From Eledone cirrhosa (Eukaryota): a DNA stretch of 64,000 bases. The stretch covers positions 31,620,001 to 31,684,000 of the forward strand of contig OZ024742.1 of assembly GCA_964016885.1 (NCBI GenBank). The letters are read 5' to 3'. The translations under genes were made by a program, and so were the position numbers. A model generated the notes under the pieces. It was not told where the DNA came from. It saw nothing but the letters and a program-made list of their open reading frames with translations, and ran no database searches. Shown here piece by piece: positions 27,189 to 39,560 of the stretch (its first letter is position 1; each line of letters starts with the position of its first letter).

Positions 27189-29563
27189 AGTTTCTTTTAT
27201 TTGCCACTAGGGCATCAAAAGTGGGACAAGTACAAAGGGGGGAGTTTACACAAAAAGGCGTCCTCAATAAGGAGGAGGCAATAACAATATATAAAAATAA
27301 AATAAGATATCACAAAAAATAAAATTTTTAACAAAATCCTCAATAGAGAGGAGGCGCCTTGGGGGGTCGCACACACCCCCGAAAAAAGTGTGCAACCCTT
27401 CTCCTCAGGAGCACAGAGAAGGGGTGCTCCCTTGGTCTTTCATCTTCCTCACCTATAGTCTGATGTAGAGTGAAGGCCCATTCACACGGGCCATTCTCGC
27501 CACTTTCACCCATCTTTCATAGAAACGGCTGGGGTGCAGCACCTCTCTCTCCATCCTGATCCTTCTTCCGAAATGATATCGGAAGAAACGGACCAGTTGT
27601 TGGCCAGAGAGAAAGGTGCCTGACCTCAGTCCTTTCAGACGCGTCCACCATACAACCTCTTTCGCCATGGCTATTACGCACAGAAACACCGCCTCTGCTT
27701 CATCTTTGAAGGGGGGAGGCGGCTTGATCATTACAATAGACTCGGTGGTCAACCGGATCGGTCCCACCCTTGACAGCAGTTGTTCGACATAGCCCCACAG
27801 ATCGGCTGCGCCCGAGCAGTGTACCAATGCGTGTGCAACGGTTTCCTCGTCGCACACGCATCTGGGACAGATCTTTTTGGCGGGGTCCCTACCCGGGCGC
27901 CCGTGTCTGTAGAGCCTTTCTCGAACGGGTAAAGCCCCTCGGTAGCACTGCCAGGCCAGGGACTTCTGGAAGTTGTCCATAGGTCCCGGGATGAATGTCC
28001 TACCGAACAGGCTGGCCAGTTCGTCCTCCTCCATGTCTAGGGCTTCTCCGAGGGCGTCGTCGCACCTGCTGCGTACCAGCCCTCTATAGAATGTTGCGGT
28101 GGAGTCTCCACTGATAACCGGATCCGCCTGCCAGAGGGCGGTGAGCGCCTGGGCACACTCAGTGTGCCAGGCGCCCAGTTTTCTCGGTCTTTGCTTGACC
28201 CAGGATTGCAGCTCGGTGAGTGAGACGAGTCTGGGAAAGGTTCGTCTCACAAACGAGGCCCACACCGGTTGTCCGGTGAGGAATACGTAGAGGTGCCGTA
28301 GCCTTAATGCGTGTTTACGCATCATTAGCCACGGCATCCCCAGCCCTCCTTTCGAAGGGTGTTGACAGCAGATGGATCTCCTCACCATAGGAGCCCGCCT
28401 CTTCCAAAGGAATTGGAAGAGCGCGCGCTCCATCTTGGTGAGTGTTTCCCTTGGGCAGGGCACTACGGTCAGGCGGTAGTAGATGACGGACGCTATGTAG
28501 GTGTTCGCCACCTCCGCCCGACCTTTCAGGGATAGTTTGCAACTGGCCCACTTCTGGGTCAGTGCAAACACCCTGTTCGTAACCTCCGCCCAGTTTTTCT
28601 CCACCTGGAGGTCCGGTCCGAACCATACCCCGAGCAACTTCACCGGGCCCTCCGTCCAGCGTCCGACGACGCCATCGGAGGGCATCGGTCTGCCCCTCCA
28701 CGTGCCGAGTTGCAAACCGATCGACTTGTCCCGGTTCAGCTTAGCCCCTGTGAACTTTTCGTACTCCTCCAGTAAGGTGCCGACCGCCTCGATTTCGGAG
28801 GCCGTCGACACCATTACTGTCACGTCATCGGCGTAGGCCGACACCGCTTTCCGCAATCCCGGTTCCAAAGGGATGCCCTGCAACAACTCCAACTTCCGCA
28901 GTAGTGGCTTGAGAGTCAACACATACAGAAGGGAGGAGAGAGGGCACCCTTGTCGGATGGACCGCGCGATTTTGAACGGCTCCGAGAGGTAGCCGTTCAC
29001 CTTGACCCTAGAGCAGATGCGGCTGCTGTGCATAGCAGTGATCCAGCCCCTGAAAACGGGTCCGAAGCCTGCCGCCGCTAGCACCGCATCCAGGTAACCA
29101 TGGTCGACCCTATCGAACGCCTTAGATTGATCCAAGTTGATCAGAGCCCCACCAAAGCCGGGTTCGTTCCCAACCCTCTCTATGATGTATCGCATGAGGT
29201 GGAGGTTGTCATGGATGGACCTGGACGGGATAGCGCATGTCTGCGCATCTCCCACCAGGTTGCCCACGACAAGCGCCAACCTCTTTGCTAGCACCTTGGC
29301 CAAAATCTGTAACTCTGTATTTAGCAGAGTTATGGGCCTGAAGTTACTTATTTCGTCCCCCTTGTTCTCGTCCTTCCTCACTAGCGTGACTACGCCCTTG
29401 GTCACAGTACAGGGAATTCTCCCGTTCTGTTGCCAGTTGCAGTAGACCGCCTCGAGGAGATCGGGGAACAAGTCCGGCATAGCTAGATATAATTCGTAAG
29501 GAAGACCATCGAGACCCGGGGATTTGCGTTTGCCGCATTGGCTCAGCACGTCCTCTATCTCAG

Positions 29564-29566
<3 letters not shown>
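27189..29566 (-). mobile_element. Tx1/L1-clade LINE, 5'-truncated, in (GATA)n
   Basis: Contains the 698-aa ORF and a 3' UTR related to the short copies. Confidence 0.92.
27453..29549 (-). CDS. Tx1-like ORF2 fragment: RT plus zf-RVT, endonuclease missing
   Basis: KSPGLDGL, NFRPITLLN, LDQSKAFDRVDH, IRQGCPLS, AYADDV, GGLG, CPRC..ETVAHALVHC; frame uninterrupted. Confidence 0.9.
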   Translation of the reverse strand: MLSQCGKRKSPGLDGLPYELYLAMPDLFPDLLEAVYCNWQQNGRIPCTVTKGVVTLVRKDENKGDEISNFRPITLLNTELQILAKVLAKRLALVVGNLVGDAQTCAIPSRSIHDNLHLMRYIIERVGNEPGFGGALINLDQSKAFDRVDHGYLDAVLAAAGFGPVFRGWITAMHSSRICSRVKVNGYLSEPFKIARSIRQGCPLSSLLYVLTLKPLLRKLELLQGIPLEPGLRKAVSAYADDVTVMVSTASEIEAVGTLLEEYEKFTGAKLNRDKSIGLQLGTWRGRPMPSDGVVGRWTEGPVKLLGVWFGPDLQVEKNWAEVTNRVFALTQKWASCKLSLKGRAEVANTYIASVIYYRLTVVPCPRETLTKMERALFQFLWKRRAPMVRRSICCQHPSKGGLGMPWLMMRKHALRLRHLYVFLTGQPVWASFVRRTFPRLVSLTELQSWVKQRPRKLGAWHTECAQALTALWQADPVISGDSTATFYRGLVRSRCDDALGEALDMEEDELASLFGRTFIPGPMDNFQKSLAWQCYRGALPVRERLYRHGRPGRDPAKKICPRCVCDEETVAHALVHCSGAADLWGYVEQLLSRVGPIRLTTESIVMIKPPPPFKDEAEAVFLCVIAMAKEVVWWTRLKGLRSGTFLSGQQLVRFFRYHFGRRIRMEREVLHPSRFYERWVKVARMARVNGPSLYIRL

Positions 29567-29598
<32 letters not shown>

Positions 29599-29599
<1 letters not shown>

Positions 29600-30362
29600 T
29601 TCTTTATTAGCCACAGGGGCACAAAAGAAAGGGACAAATACAAAGGGGGAAGTTTACATACAATAAAAACGTGTAAAATGTTATCACAGATGGAATTTAA
29701 AAGTTAGTCGATTTTCCCCAATAGAGGGAGACAGTTTATATGGGTAACACATACCCCCGAAAAAAAATGTGCAACCCTCATCTCCAGGAGTACGAAGAGC
29801 TTGTACTCCTTTCCTCTCCTCCTCCTTTTCCTCAACCTACAGGCTGATATAGAGAGAAGGCCCATTCACTCGGGCCATTCTCGCCACTTTCACCCACCTT
29901 TCATAAAACTTGCTGGGGTACAGCACCTCTCTCTCCATCCTGATTCTTCTTCCAAAGTGGTATTTGAAAAAAAGAATCAGTTGTTGGCCGGAGAGAAAGG
30001 TGTCTGACCTCAGCCCTTTCAACCTTGTCCACCACACAACCTCTTTCGCCATAGCTATCACACAAAGGAAAACCGCCTCTCCTTCGTTTTTGAAGGAGGG
30101 TGGCGGTTTGATCATGACAATGGACTCGGTGGTCAACTGGATTGGTCCCACCCGCGACAATAGTCGTTCTACATAGCCCCACAGGTCAGTGACGCCCGGG
30201 CAGTGTATGAATGCGTGCGCGACGGTTTCTTCGTCTCGCACGCACCTCGGACAGATCTTTTTTGCAGGGTCCCTGCCCGGGCGCCCATGTCTGTAGAGCT
30301 TGTCTCGAACTAGTAGAGCTCCTCGGTAGCACTGCCAAGCCAGGGACTTTTGGAAGTTAGAT
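29599..30362 (-). mobile_element. Tx1-like 3' derivative, copy b
   Basis: Same 5' junction as copies a and c. Confidence 0.88.
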
Positions 30363-30373
30363 AATAGATAGAT

Positions 30374-31140
30374 ATATTTCTTTATTAGCCACAGGGGCAC
30401 AAAAGAAGGGGACAAATACAAAGGGGGAAGTTTACATACAATAAAAACGTGTAAAATGTTATCACAGATGGAATTTAAAAGTTAGTCGATTTTCCCCAAT
30501 AGAGGGAGACAGTTTATATGGGTAACACATACCCCCGAAAAAAAATGTGCAACCCTCATCTCCAGGAGTACGAAGAGCTTGTACTCCTTTCCTCTCCTCC
30601 TCCTTTTCCTCAACCTACAGGCTGATATAGAGAGAAGGCCCATTCACTCGGGCCATTCTCGCCACTTTCACCCACCTTTCATAAAACTTGCTGGGGTACA
30701 GCACCTCTCTCTCCATCCTGATTCTTCTTCCAAAGTGGTATTTGAAAAAAAGAATCAGTTGTTGGCCGGAGAGAAAGGTGTCTGACCTCAGCCCTTTCAA
30801 CCTTGTCCACCATACAACCTCTTTCGCCATAGCTATCACACAAAGGAAAACCGCCTCTCCTTCGTTTTTGAAGGAGGGTGGCGGTTTGATCATGACAATG
30901 GACTCGGTGGTCAACTGGATTGGTCCCACCCGCGACAATAGTCGTTCTACATAGCCCCACAGGTCAGTGACGCCCGGGCAGTGTATGAATGCGTGCGCAA
31001 CGGTTTCTTCGTCTCGCACGCACCTCGGACAGATCTTTTTTGCAGGGTCCCTGCCCGGGCGCCCATGTCTGTAGAGCTTGTCTCGAACTGGTAGAGCTCC
31101 TCGGTAGCACTGCCAAGCCAGGGACTTTTGGAAGTTAGAT
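30374..31140 (-). mobile_element. Tx1-like 3' derivative, copy c
   Basis: Near-identical to copy b; followed by (GATA)n to 31229. Confidence 0.88.
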
Positions 31141-31141
31141 A

Positions 31142-31230
<89 letters not shown>

Positions 31231-31669
31231 CTGACTGAATCATTCATGAGTCTGCTATGAACTGAAGAAGAAGAAAATAAAACTCAATGTTAAACCTTCA
31301 TTTACCACAGCTCCTGAGTCTCTTCAATTCCCTCAGTCCCTACAGTCACAACAGACACAAATGATGTAGCTAGTACAACTATATTTTGCTTATTCCATCT
31401 CGATTAAGTCTTCTTAACAAATATGAAATATTTAATCCAGATAATTAAGTTTAAAGATAATCTTTAATTCTTAGATGTTTTAAGCTGGTTTCAGTCATTG
31501 GATAGGATAACGGTCATGCTGGAGCACTGTCTTAAAATACACTTTTCTCTCTGTCAGGTGGTATTCAAAGGAACTATACGGGGCTTATTGTAAACGACTT
31601 CGACAATATCTATACGTTTTAAGTTCAAATCCTGCCACTTTCTGACATGTGTTGTGACCAACAAATAGT

Positions 31670-31990
31670 ATCTGTAATGGAAAGACCAATGGAAACATTG
31701 TTTCCTTGGTCTGATCTAATAATCACCTCTTTTCTTCTGCCAGGAGTTGTGGCTAACATATCAGCAATGGAAAGACCAATGGAAACATTGTTTCTTTGGT
31801 CCACTCTGATGATCAGATCTTTTCTTTTGCCAGGAATTGTGATAGGCAAATAGCATCAGCAATGGAAATACCAATGAAACATTATTTCCTTGGTCTGATC
31901 TAAGAGTCAGCTCCTTTCTTTTGCCAGGAATTGTGACCAACATATAGTATTAGCAATGGAAAGATCAAAGGAAACATTGTTTCCTTTGAT
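31670..31990. repeat. Minisatellite, ~90-95-bp unit, ~3.5 copies
   Basis: Recurring AATGGAAAGACCAATGGAAACATTGTTTC...TGCCAGGAATTGTG. Confidence 0.85.
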
Positions 31991-32155
31991 CTGATCTGAT
32001 CTGATCTGATCTGTGGATCAACTCCTTTCTTTTAATTTGTAAATAAGTGGAACAAGTAGACGTAATTCACATTTAAATGATATAAGGACGTGAATATACC
32101 CGAATTAATGACTGAAATGGCCAAAATACAGCAATGAAATTCAGTAAATATATAC

Positions 32156-32340
32156 ATCATCATCATCTTCATCGCCATCACAGTCGAATATTCCTGACAA
32201 AGTCTCTCGACAATTCACGACTTTCCATTGATCCTAGCAACTGCTCCCTACTGAGGTTTGTATCATCTGAGAGTTGACCGATGAAAATTCGACCAGGTCT
32301 TCATTTGTAATACGTTGATGCCAGTTTAAGTATATTGTGT
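32156..32340 (-). pseudogene. RTE-clade LINE extreme 3' end with (GAT)n tail
   Basis: RPGRIFIGQLSDDTNLSREQLLGSMESRELSRDFV resembles the GRPxxTYIxQLxxDT..MxDRxxWR C-terminus. Confidence 0.55.
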
Positions 32341-32357
32341 ATGTATGTATTCTTTCA

Positions 32358-32448
<91 letters not shown>

Positions 32449-32625
32449 AGAGGGGGGGGGGGAGAATATCGACTATGTTCAGACCTGGCGAGGGTTGGGC
32501 TCTGCCAGGTTTAAATGTGCCCTAAATACGCCACAAGGAGTTATGGGATCTTTAGCTTTTATATATGTATATATATATATATATAATATATATATGTATG
32601 TGTATATATATATATATATATACAC

Positions 32626-32662
<37 letters not shown>

Positions 32663-32664
<2 letters not shown>

Positions 32665-32813
32665 AGTGGTTACACAACAGTTAGTTCACCATACCGAGAA
32701 CAATTGTTTCACCTTAGCAGATCCTCAGCTCGTAATCCAAATTATTACGAACTGAGGATCCGCTAAGGTGAAACAATTGTTCTCGGTATGGTGAACTAAC
32801 TGTTGTGTAACCA

Positions 32814-32817
<4 letters not shown>
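32663..32817. mobile_element. 155-bp head-to-head hammerhead palindrome in (TA)n
   Basis: 74-bp arms and a 7-nt spacer (32737-32743). Confidence 0.88.
32695..32732 (-). ncRNA. Type I minimal hammerhead (mirror copy at 32748-32785, +)
   Basis: CGAG-CTGAGGA-TCTgctaaGGT-GAAA-CAATTG-TT-CTCG; palindromic stem III. Confidence 0.75.
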
Positions 32818-32853
<36 letters not shown>

Positions 32854-32868
32854 CATACATATATATAT

Positions 32869-32954
<86 letters not shown>

Positions 32955-32956
<2 letters not shown>

Positions 32957-33703
32957 AAATTAAGATAGATTAAAAGAATTCAATCAGAATCGAAATTGTG
33001 GGTGTCATTCCTCAACGGAATGCGCCATATCGCCCGGAAAATAAGCTCTAGGACTTTGTAGGTACGAGCATTTAATAATAACTAGGTGATTTTTCATGTT
33101 TATATTTATTTATATATATGTTGATCAATTCCTAGTTATTATTAAATGCTCGTACTTAAAAAGTCCTAGAGCTTATTTTCCGGGCGATATGGCGCATTCC
33201 GTTGAGGAATGACACCCACAATTTCGATTCTGATTGAATTCTTTTAATCTATCTTAATTTTGGATATAGATATATAAATACTGCTCCTTAATTGTAGAGC
33301 TAACTCTGTTGAAGGGAATTGACTGCTATTTCTAGTTGTCGAATACCTATTCACGCCACTGAAACGAAGCCGCTGTGATGTGTAATATCAACACGTGGTA
33401 ACGGCCAGTTTAAAATTTTGACTCGAAATGTAAACATGGATCGCTTGATATTATTCTTCCTTGTTGATAATTCAATAATATCCACTTTCCGTGACTTATC
33501 ATCTGATTAATTGGTGAAATATATTTCTTTAATGAAATATATACAGGGAAGATTAATCATTAAAAGGTATATATTTTTGAAGTTCTAGTTAACTTTATTT
33601 ACTTGTTACCTACTAGCCATGCGTGGTTGCTCGCTTGTAGAAATTATCTCCTGTGATTTTTCATGTTTATATTTATTTATATATATGTTGATCAATTCCA
33701 AGT

Positions 33704-33709
<6 letters not shown>
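32955..33709 (+). mobile_element. Non-coding terminally redundant element (567-bp period) with inverted head
   Basis: 33086-33142 is repeated at 33653-33709; 32955-33086 is the reverse complement of 33131-33262; (TA)n on both sides. Confidence 0.78.
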
Positions 33710-33739
<30 letters not shown>

Positions 33740-34272
33740 GAAAAAATGGGGAGAAGAATACTGCAGGTTGCACATGGATAACATGTAATAAAATGAGTCC
33801 CTCATCAGTGATTTGCCGACGATCATAGATATTTCATTGCATTAAAAATCATATACCTCACGTCGGTGCAATAATAACTAAATTAAGTTATTAGGACAAT
33901 TAAAACGCGTAAAGCGAGTGAAACAAGATAACAACAAAGAGGATAGCTAACCGTAGAAGGAAGGGAACAAGCTTCATAGTTATTCTGTTAGCATAAGCTA
34001 GGTGAATATATGAGCGCTTAGAAAAAAGACCTTTCGGGATGAATCCAAATGTGAGAAAGAGAGAAGATGTTTTCGTCGCGAACGGGGTGAAGTGAGAAGG
34101 GGAGAAACAGTGAGTGAGTGAGTGGAAGTGTGAGGAAGAGTTAACTGACATGACAGAGGGGGCGAAAGAAAGTAGGAGAAACAGAGAGAACGAGGGGGCA
34201 GTAAGAGAGAGAGAGAAAAAAACAGAATCGCAGTTTAGGTAAATATATGTGAAAAAATGGGGAGAAGAATAC

Positions 34273-34276
<4 letters not shown>
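33740..34276 (-). mobile_element. Non-coding retrozyme-like element A (511-bp period) carrying an unassigned structured RNA
   Basis: 26-bp terminal direct repeat at 33740-33765 and 34251-34276; pyrimidine-rich minus strand; (TA)n flanks. Confidence 0.78.
33766..33898 (-). ncRNA. Unassigned structured RNA motif, copy A (K-turn or hammerhead-like, CUGAUGA)
   Basis: Compensatory changes relative to copy B (44347-44479) in several helices. Confidence 0.7.
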
Positions 34277-34333
<57 letters not shown>

Positions 34334-34359
34334 GTGTATGTGTGTGTGTGTGTATATAT

Positions 34360-34500
34360 AGTAGTTTGTGTATAACTTCATATTTACTGCTCCAACAATG
34401 TCCAACAAATCGTAGCCGTCGTTGAGCAACTGAAGTTTCCGTATAATCTTTCATTTGTGCTTCGTGATTGTGGTCTGACGAAGTTCTCACTCGTAGTGCC
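34360..34500 (-). pseudogene. RTE-clade LINE fragment
   Basis: SVAQRRLRFVGHCWSSKYEVIHKLL matches the RRLRFxGHCxR motif. Confidence 0.65.
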
Positions 34501-34693
34501 AGTATAATGGTGGTGGTGGCGGTGGTGGTGGTTGTGGCGGTGGCATTGATGGTTCTGGTGGTGGTGGTGGTGGTAGTGTTGGTGGTGGTGGCGTAATTTT
34601 ATTTAACTTTGGAATTGTATCTTGTGTGCTTTTAGCTAGTTTTGGTTCATTGTACTTAGATATTTGATATTTGGTAACATTACGTAAGGAATA

Positions 34694-34779
<86 letters not shown>

Positions 34780-34820
34780 CATATATATATATACACACGC
34801 ACACATATATATATACATAT

Positions 34821-34857
<37 letters not shown>

Positions 34858-34948
34858 ATATACACACACATACACACACACACACATATATATAAAGATA
34901 TATATATATACATATATATTTATATTTATATATATATGTATATATATG

Positions 34949-34988
<40 letters not shown>

Positions 34989-35385
34989 AGTGTGTGTGTG
35001 TGTGTGAGTGAGTGTGTGTATACATATATATATTGTAGCATGTTTCTGATACTGTGTGAACTAAGATCCCCGTTGAAAAGTCCCTGGTGTGAAAAGGTCT
35101 TTTTTTTGTTGCGGTTTTAATTTTAATTACAATTAGGTAATTGTATTTTGTGTGGTTTGGTGTGGTGTGGTGTAGTGTAGTGAGATGTGGTGTGGTGTGA
35201 TGTGGTGAGGTGAGGTGAGGTGTGGTGTGATGCGGTGTGGGTAGTTTAAGCTATGTTGTATTTGTTGTTCTTTAGGGTTGTGTTAAGATATATACAACCA
35301 TATATAATGTATATATATATAACCATATATAAGGTATATATATATATATAACCATATATAATGTATATATATGAACATATATAAG

Positions 35386-35447
<62 letters not shown>

Positions 35448-35664
35448 CCATATATAATGTATATATATGTAAACATATATAAGGTGTATATATATATATG
35501 CAGCTGAAAATCCCGAGCTGTTGTAGTTCTTGTAATAACGTATTTCTATTACCATTTGCAAAAAATGAGAAAAAGTATATTTAAAAGAAACATAAACCTA
35601 CTATATAAAAACAAATATTGTGAAGAAATGTTAAAACTCATTATATATATATATATATACATAC

Positions 35665-35791
<127 letters not shown>

Positions 35792-35951
35792 CATATATAT
35801 ATACACATATATATATGTGTGTGTCTGTGTGTCTGCGTGTCTGTGTGTGTGCATGTGTGTGTGCGCGTATATATATGTGTGTATATATATATGTATATAC
35901 ATAAATATATATGTATATATATAAATATAAATATAAATATATATATATATA

Positions 35952-35982
<31 letters not shown>

Positions 35983-36513
35983 CGCGCGCGCGCGTGTGTG
36001 CGCGCGCGCGTGTGTGTGTGTGTGTGTGTGTATGTGTGTGTGTGTGTGTGTGTGTACGCACTATCAACGTCCAAAGAACTACCAAACACAAACACATACC
36101 CTTGCAAAGCACACTTAAGAAATATTCAAATATACGCTATATTCTGAGTTTCATCAGAGCACGTGACTGTGACGTAGTGAAAGATGAAAGGTCTTAACGG
36201 AAACCATATGAATTCGCCATCTGTTTAACTGGTTTCCATTCCAACGTCTTAAAAAAATAGTCTGCTAATAAGAAATTAAGAGGCTGTTTGCTTGTTGGCT
36301 GTTTGTTATTTTTTTAACATGTTTTCTTTAGTTTTTGGTTGTTGTTGTTGTTGTTGTTGTTGTTATTGTTGTTGTTTTGTTTGTGTGTTTATTCTTGTTG
36401 TTGGCGGTAGGGTTGTGGGGTTGTGGGTTTTGGGTTGGTGTGGTTGCGGTGGAGGTATGAAAAATACAAATGTTAGAGTGTTAAATAGCCATTACAGTGG
36501 GCTTACGTCTCTG

Positions 36514-36570
<57 letters not shown>

Positions 36571-36588
36571 TGTGTGTGTGTGTGTGTG

Positions 36589-36623
<35 letters not shown>

Positions 36624-36796
36624 TTTTTTACACACACACACATAAATATATATATGCTACAAAAAGTAAACGTAAACAACAAACCAAACAGCACATTACA
36701 ATGAAGAAATATATTATTTTAACGCTTGATATAGTAAGGAAAGAGTCGTTATGTTACTTTTTCCAGCACATGGGTTGTGGCCATGCTGGGACTTAC

Positions 36797-36843
<47 letters not shown>

Positions 36844-37214
36844 GGGAAGTAAGGTTCTATACAAAACAGTGGCTATAGAGAAAAGGTGAAGTTGGAAATA
36901 GCACGGAAAATATATTTTAGGGTCTGGTTTTTTTTTTTTATCCTTTCTTTGATTCGTCAAAGTGACATTGAAAAGATAACATTATTGAAAAAATGAGAGG
37001 GACAATTGTTTTTTAAAAAAAATTTTATAATGTATATAAAGTATATAAAGTATTACCGGTTTTGATGTATTATTAAAATTCATCTTATCAAATGTTAAGT
37101 ATTGAAATAAAAATTTAAAAGAATTAATAGGAATTAAAAACTAAAAATTAAAGATTTAAAATTAAAATCAAAGTTGGGGTAAGTTTTCTTCCATCTTTCT
37201 TGCTCAAAATTTGG

Positions 37215-37355
<141 letters not shown>

Positions 37356-37541
37356 GATAAATCTACCAAAAGTTTACGGTAGTGTCCAATCCGTATGAAG
37401 AACTCAATGTAATCCGGATATCATGAAAAGAGAAGATGCATTCAAAAACTATTTTCGGTGAAAAATAAACGGAAAACAGAGTCAAGATAAATTAATAAAA
37501 TAATGAATAAACAAAGAAACAGTTCCTTATATTAAAAAAAT

Positions 37542-37683
37542 TCATCATTTTACGATCGTTTCTAGGATATATATGTCTTAGAGTTGGTATGCATATTCTA
37601 TAGATCTATGTACAATATTTATACAAACTATCAGAGGGAATATACATACCTACACATATATATGCTGTCTTCAGAAATAATGA
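37542..37683 (-). ncRNA. Type I hammerhead with ~105-nt stem II (mirror copy at ~38396-38535, +)
   Basis: TCATTATTT-CTGAAGA-[long hairpin]-GAAA-CGATCG-TA-AAATGATGA; 9-bp stem I. Confidence 0.72.
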
Positions 37684-38216
37684 TATTTGTTTATTGAAAA
37701 AAACAAAGATTCAATACAATAGGTCTGTTTGGGAACAGGTTTTGAATTGACCAATAGAGAGATAGTGAGGGTCAAGATAGTAATATAGTAGTAGAAGAAC
37801 CTTAAATTATGGGTAGAGGAAGGTAGATTTCAGTTTTGGATGGAAAAGAATATTATGAATGAAGGAATATTTTAGGGAAGAAATAGGTCTTATGCTGACC
37901 TCAGAAATAATTTTATTTGTTCATTGACAGACAGAATATATTAGATCTTTGTTGGTTTTATTCAATGAACAAATAAAATTATTTCTGAGGTCAGCATAAG
38001 ACCTATTTCTTCCCTAAAATATTCCTTCATTCATAATATTCTTTTCCATCCAAAACTGAAATCTACCTTCCTCTACCCATAATTTAAGGTTCTTCTACTA
38101 CTATATTACTATCTTGACCCTCACTATCTCTCTATTGGTCAATTCAAAACCTGTTCCCAAACAGACCTATTGTATTGAATCTTTGTTTTTTTCAATAAAC
38201 AAATATCATTATTTCT

Positions 38217-38395
38217 TGGATTGGCAGTATCGGTAGAGGGTCGGACGCCATGCTTTCCAGCATAGTTACGTCCCTTTACGATCTGAGTTCAAATCCCGCC
38301 GAGGTTGACTTTGCCTTTCATCCTTACGGGGTCTATAAAATAAAGTACCAGTAATGCACTGGATAATTGCTGGCCTTGTGCCTAAAGTAGAAACA
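38217..38395 (+). mobile_element. tRNA-derived SINE with 9-bp TSD ATTATTTCT
   Basis: Absent from the mirror arm; TSD at 38208-38216 and 38396-38404. Confidence 0.92.
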
Positions 38396-38587
38396 ATTAT
38401 TTCTGAAGACAGCATATATATGTGTAGGTATGTATATTCCCTCTGATAGTTTGTATAAATATTGTACATAGATCTATAGAATATGCATACCAACTCTAAG
38501 ACATATATATCCTAGAAACGATCGTAAAATGAAGAATTTTTTTAATATAAGGAACTGTTTCTTTGTTTATTCATTATTTTATTAATT

Positions 38588-38715
<128 letters not shown>

Positions 38716-38763
38716 AAGTTGGAAATAGCACGGAAAAAAAAATATATATATATATATGTATAT

Positions 38764-38874
<111 letters not shown>

Positions 38875-38875
38875 G

Positions 38876-38978
<103 letters not shown>

Positions 38979-39293
38979 GTGTGTGTCTGTACTGGAGCAC
39001 GAAATTCTTGGCCCCTAAGCGAAGCTATGGTGCCTTTATGTGGTCGTTGGATTTTTTTAGAGACAACAGCCAGATCTGCCTCAGATCATAGCTTATCGTC
39101 TTGCAAAAAAAAAAAAATCAAAGAAAAATTCCATAATAGATACATTATAGCTGTACATAAGAGGTGGTAGGCATGTCTGGAATGTCTGTGATGAAAATGA
39201 TCTGCTGGACCAGAACTGATTTGACGCTACACAACACATACACAAACACACACAAACACACACACTCAAACACACGCTCACTCTCTCTCTCTC

Positions 39294-39359
<66 letters not shown>

Positions 39360-39560
39360 GCATTCATACAATTTATTAATACAATTTAAAAGAAAACAGA
39401 TGACAGAGAGAGAGAGAGAGAACATCTATGGTCAACCAATGAGAATCGTACAAAGTCTATACCTAGATTACTAATTAACATTTGTACCTGTAATTATTTA
39501 GGGCTGGTCCGTTATGTGTTTAAGTGCCCCAACGCAAACCACGAAAATTTGAAGTTCATA

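Noticed and set aside
36140-36165. Isolated CTGATGA on the minus strand
   Set aside because: No stem II-GAAA partner.
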